Source of the DNA: Schizochytrium sp. TIO01
Lineage: Eukaryota > Protista > Bigyra: Labyrinthulomycetes
Direction: 5' to 3'
Assembly (NCBI GenBank): GCA_004764695.1
Contig: SMSO01000014.1
Coordinates: 4,598,845 to 4,662,844, forward strand
Length of the DNA stretch: 64,000 bases
Made by a program: the position numbers and the translations under genes. Below, piece by piece: positions 61,077-64,000 of this stretch. The notes beneath the pieces were generated by a model. The model had not been told where the DNA came from and made no database searches. It saw nothing but the letters and a program-made list of their open reading frames with translations. Numbering within the stretch: the stretch's first letter is position 1; each line of letters opens with the position of its first letter.

Positions 61077-62483
61077 ATGAGCGACAGTGCTGCTATGATG
61101 GCGACCTCTGCGCCCAAGAAGAGGGAAGAGGATCCTGCGAAGACTGCTGCTCGCGTGCAAGCCCAAAAAAATCCTTTGGCGAAAACCTTGAGCCCGCGAG
61201 GACAAGATGCAATGGTGCCTGCGCTGACATATCTCAAGGAGGTTATTGCTGCTGTTCAAGACCTCTACGATCCTGAGACGAACCCTGAAGGCTGGGTCGT
61301 AGGCGCCACTGCTGAGAACAAGCTCATGTATACAGAGTTCATGCTTCCTAAGCTTTGTGAAGCGCATGCCAAGCTTAGTGACCCAAAAGAACAGGCCAAG
61401 TTCTCTCCATACTATGGTGACATGCGTGGTATGCCCATCGTTCGTGAGGCTGTGGCCAAACTTATGGAGATGCTCGTCGTCAAGAAGAAAAAAATCGATC
61501 CGAATGGTATTGTATTAACGCCTGGTGTGACAAGCGCTGTGAGCTTTATTGCATACATGCTGGCAAGCCCGAATGATGCTTGCATTCTACCTGCACCGTA
61601 CTATCCAGCTTTTGACAATGACTTGTACGCTCGTGCCAAGGTCGTGCCTGTCGAGGCCTTCATGGAAAAGGTCCCCATTGAGAACCAGCCTTCGGATGTA
61701 ATGGGCATGCCCGTCGCATGGCGCATCACCGAAGCATGTATGGAAAAGGCTTACACTGATGCTAAGGCGATGGGACACGAACCCAAAATTTTCCTGCTTA
61801 CAAACCCGGAAAACCCGCTCGGCATTAGCCATACTGAGGAGGAGCTCAAGCTTGTAGTTGACTTTGTGCGCAAACACAACATGCATCTTGTGAGCGATGA
61901 AATCTACGCTGGTGACTGTCATAGTGTGCGCGAGGGCGATATCTCGCACATTAGCATCTTAGATGTTGCCTCTGGCCCCGATATTCATGTCTTGTATGGC
62001 ATGTCCAAGGATTTTGGTTTGAGTGGGCATCGAATGGGCTTCATTTATTCCGAAAATGATGCGCTTATTAGTGCCATGTCCAACCACAACATGTTCCAGT
62101 GCGTGTCTGGACTTGCCCAAGCAGTCTTGTACGAAATGATTAGCGATCTCGATTTTGTCCGTACATACACTGAAGAGAGCAATCGCCGTCTTCGCAAGGC
62201 ATGTGATGCTGTGCAAACGAAGCTGACAAGTATGGGAATTCCCTTTTACCGGCCCACAGCAACCCTTTTCTTCATGATGGATCTTCGCAAGTACCTAGCG
62301 AGCCCTACTTGGGAGGCTGAGCGAGCGCTCTTTGATCTTTTCGCGCAGCACAAGATCCTTCTCACCCCGGGACGTGACTGTCATTTTCCCGAACCTGGTT
62401 ACTTTCGTATGTGTTTCGCTGCCGCCTCAGAGCAAGCTATGAGCCTTCTTCTCGACCGCCTTGCCACTGCCCTCGAGCAGTAA
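61077..62483 (+). CDS. ACC-synthase-like PLP-dependent class I/II aminotransferase
   Basis: 468 aa. YDPETNPEG, TAENKL, PAPYYPAFDNDL, LLTNPENPLG, HLVSDEIYA, PLP lysine in GMSKDFGLSGHRMG, EPGYFRMCFA. Confidence 0.92.
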   Translation: MSDSAAMMATSAPKKREEDPAKTAARVQAQKNPLAKTLSPRGQDAMVPALTYLKEVIAAVQDLYDPETNPEGWVVGATAENKLMYTEFMLPKLCEAHAKLSDPKEQAKFSPYYGDMRGMPIVREAVAKLMEMLVVKKKKIDPNGIVLTPGVTSAVSFIAYMLASPNDACILPAPYYPAFDNDLYARAKVVPVEAFMEKVPIENQPSDVMGMPVAWRITEACMEKAYTDAKAMGHEPKIFLLTNPENPLGISHTEEELKLVVDFVRKHNMHLVSDEIYAGDCHSVREGDISHISILDVASGPDIHVLYGMSKDFGLSGHRMGFIYSENDALISAMSNHNMFQCVSGLAQAVLYEMISDLDFVRTYTEESNRRLRKACDAVQTKLTSMGIPFYRPTATLFFMMDLRKYLASPTWEAERALFDLFAQHKILLTPGRDCHFPEPGYFRMCFAAASEQAMSLLLDRLATALEQ

Positions 62484-63779
62484 AGCTTCGCCAGCGCAGC
62501 ATTGCGCTAGATTGTACAGTCTAGTTTTGATGTTGGCACATAATTTTTCATTGTGTTTCTATCGCGTCATCACTTCAACCTTAGCAAAGGTAACAGTAGT
62601 ACAAAAGAAATAAACACATGTCGAGTTACATTTATTATAGCTTTGTCTAATTTACAAATGTTTGTCGCTGCAAAATTCTGCAAAATCTTGACGCTCCAGC
62701 ATCGGAGCCAAATAGCGTCGAGTATGTTCGCCACAATTCCGGCCATACACTGTATCTCTCTTCAATTTGCACTGGTCGGCCCAATGGTCCAAGGACAAGT
62801 CACAGAATCAGCTTGCCCATATTCATCAAATTTGCGCCTCAAGAAAGTGGCGTGCCCCGAATCTAAAAGCCCTACTAGTAGTTTACTCTTGCCTTCAATC
62901 GTATGCATAAACGCTGCCAAGCTTACATGTAATTCCCGCTTCTCATTCCGCATGCCTTCCCATCTTTTATCCTGCTGGACTAATGCCTAATATTCTTCCT
63001 CTCGCGCAAGCGGACAAGATATCCCGAGGTGTGGGACTTCTTCAATCTTGTGCCTAGGATGACAATTGCTATTTACAACGCACAGAACCCGGAGCGAAGC
63101 AAGATTTTCACATGCCAACCTATGATGTTCTGGCACTGCCCTGAGTGTGTATTTGCCAACCCAAGTAAGAGGTCTGACAGGGTTGCTTTGGATATTCATT
63201 CACAAACTCATCGTCATCTCATGACCACGATCTTTTGTGGTTCTTCTTGAAGGTTGTTGAAACCGACAACAGAGGAGACAACAGACGTGCCGGGCGTTCT
63301 CTATAGATCTCCGTCGCGTGCTCCTCCTATCCCAAACTCGCACCAGTCAGTAGCACCTGTTCTTTTCTCCCTCCTACGCAGGGACGTAGCCACTGCTACC
63401 TCTGCTCGATTGAATATGAGGTTTCCCCGAGCGAGGAACAGCGAAAGGCACTTCGGGTAAACCCAATCCCAAAAACCGAGGTGAAGATGAGGACTGAGAG
63501 GACACCGGTGGCAGCGCAGAGGAGGATTGCATTACAATGCATTGCATTGCATTGGATTGCACTGGCTTCGAAAGCTTCTGTATTCCCTTCTCTGAAGCTC
63601 CACGCGTCAGTTTCTCAGCAGATTGGCGATATCAGCGCTTGGGTCCATACTTTGCGTTCTTTATTCATATTATTCCAAAAGAAAGAAGAAAGAAAGAATA
63701 AAAGCCGTAGAGTCATCCTATGAAAAAGTCCATCAATCGATCGATCAATGAATTTTTAACAGAAGTAGGTACGTCAATG

Positions 63780-63810
63780 AAAAGAAAAGAAAAGAAAAGA
63801 AAAGAAAGAA
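63780..63810. repeat. (AAAAG)n pentanucleotide repeat
   Basis: Direct reading. Confidence 0.85.
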
Positions 63811-64000
63811 CTCTTGAGGAGCAAGATACAGAAGAAGTCAAAGCTGTGATTCAATGTCCGTCATCTCAAAAGCACTCGTCACGCGGACCATCTTCTTCGT
63901 TTGCACGAACCCTCCTGAAGGCAGAAGGTTTGTACACAAACGCCAAAAAGGACGCCAGAGATTGAGGGCTTAGGTTCCACTCGAGCAATTCGTTCGTAGG

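Overview
Eukaryotic, intron-poor nuclear DNA. The gene content (NAF-domain CIPK, ALMT, malate synthase G with a peroxisomal SKL) and the tetranucleotide-microsatellite-rich intergenic DNA suggest a heterotrophic protist, probably a thraustochytrid stramenopile; this is inference, not a database result. About 15 protein genes are supported: a FRIGIDA-like helical-repeat/poly-Q protein, MFSD5/MOT2, a Tudor + METTL13-C-like methyltransferase, ALMT, CIPK, NUDT6-like Nudix, a Rab5-family GTPase, malate synthase G, a GYP1-like TBC protein, NIFK/Nop15, an IQ-motif protein split over three frames, a LIM protein, PDK/BCKDK, a DUF4476-like protein and an ACC-synthase-like aminotransferase. Two gene deserts (about 11.1-24.7 kb and 33.5-41.3 kb) hold compound microsatellites, decayed coding fragments and a GC-rich hairpin-dense island. 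No rRNA, convincing tRNA, CRISPR array or intact transposon is seen. The best leads are the Rab whose CC prenylation tail is in the +1 frame, an ALMT with a mitochondrial-presequence-like N-terminus, the FRIGIDA-repeat/prion-like protein, the Tudor-methyltransferase fusion, the structured island at 39.8-40.2 kb, and several gene-sized candidate pseudogenes. I found no clear multi-gene novel system.
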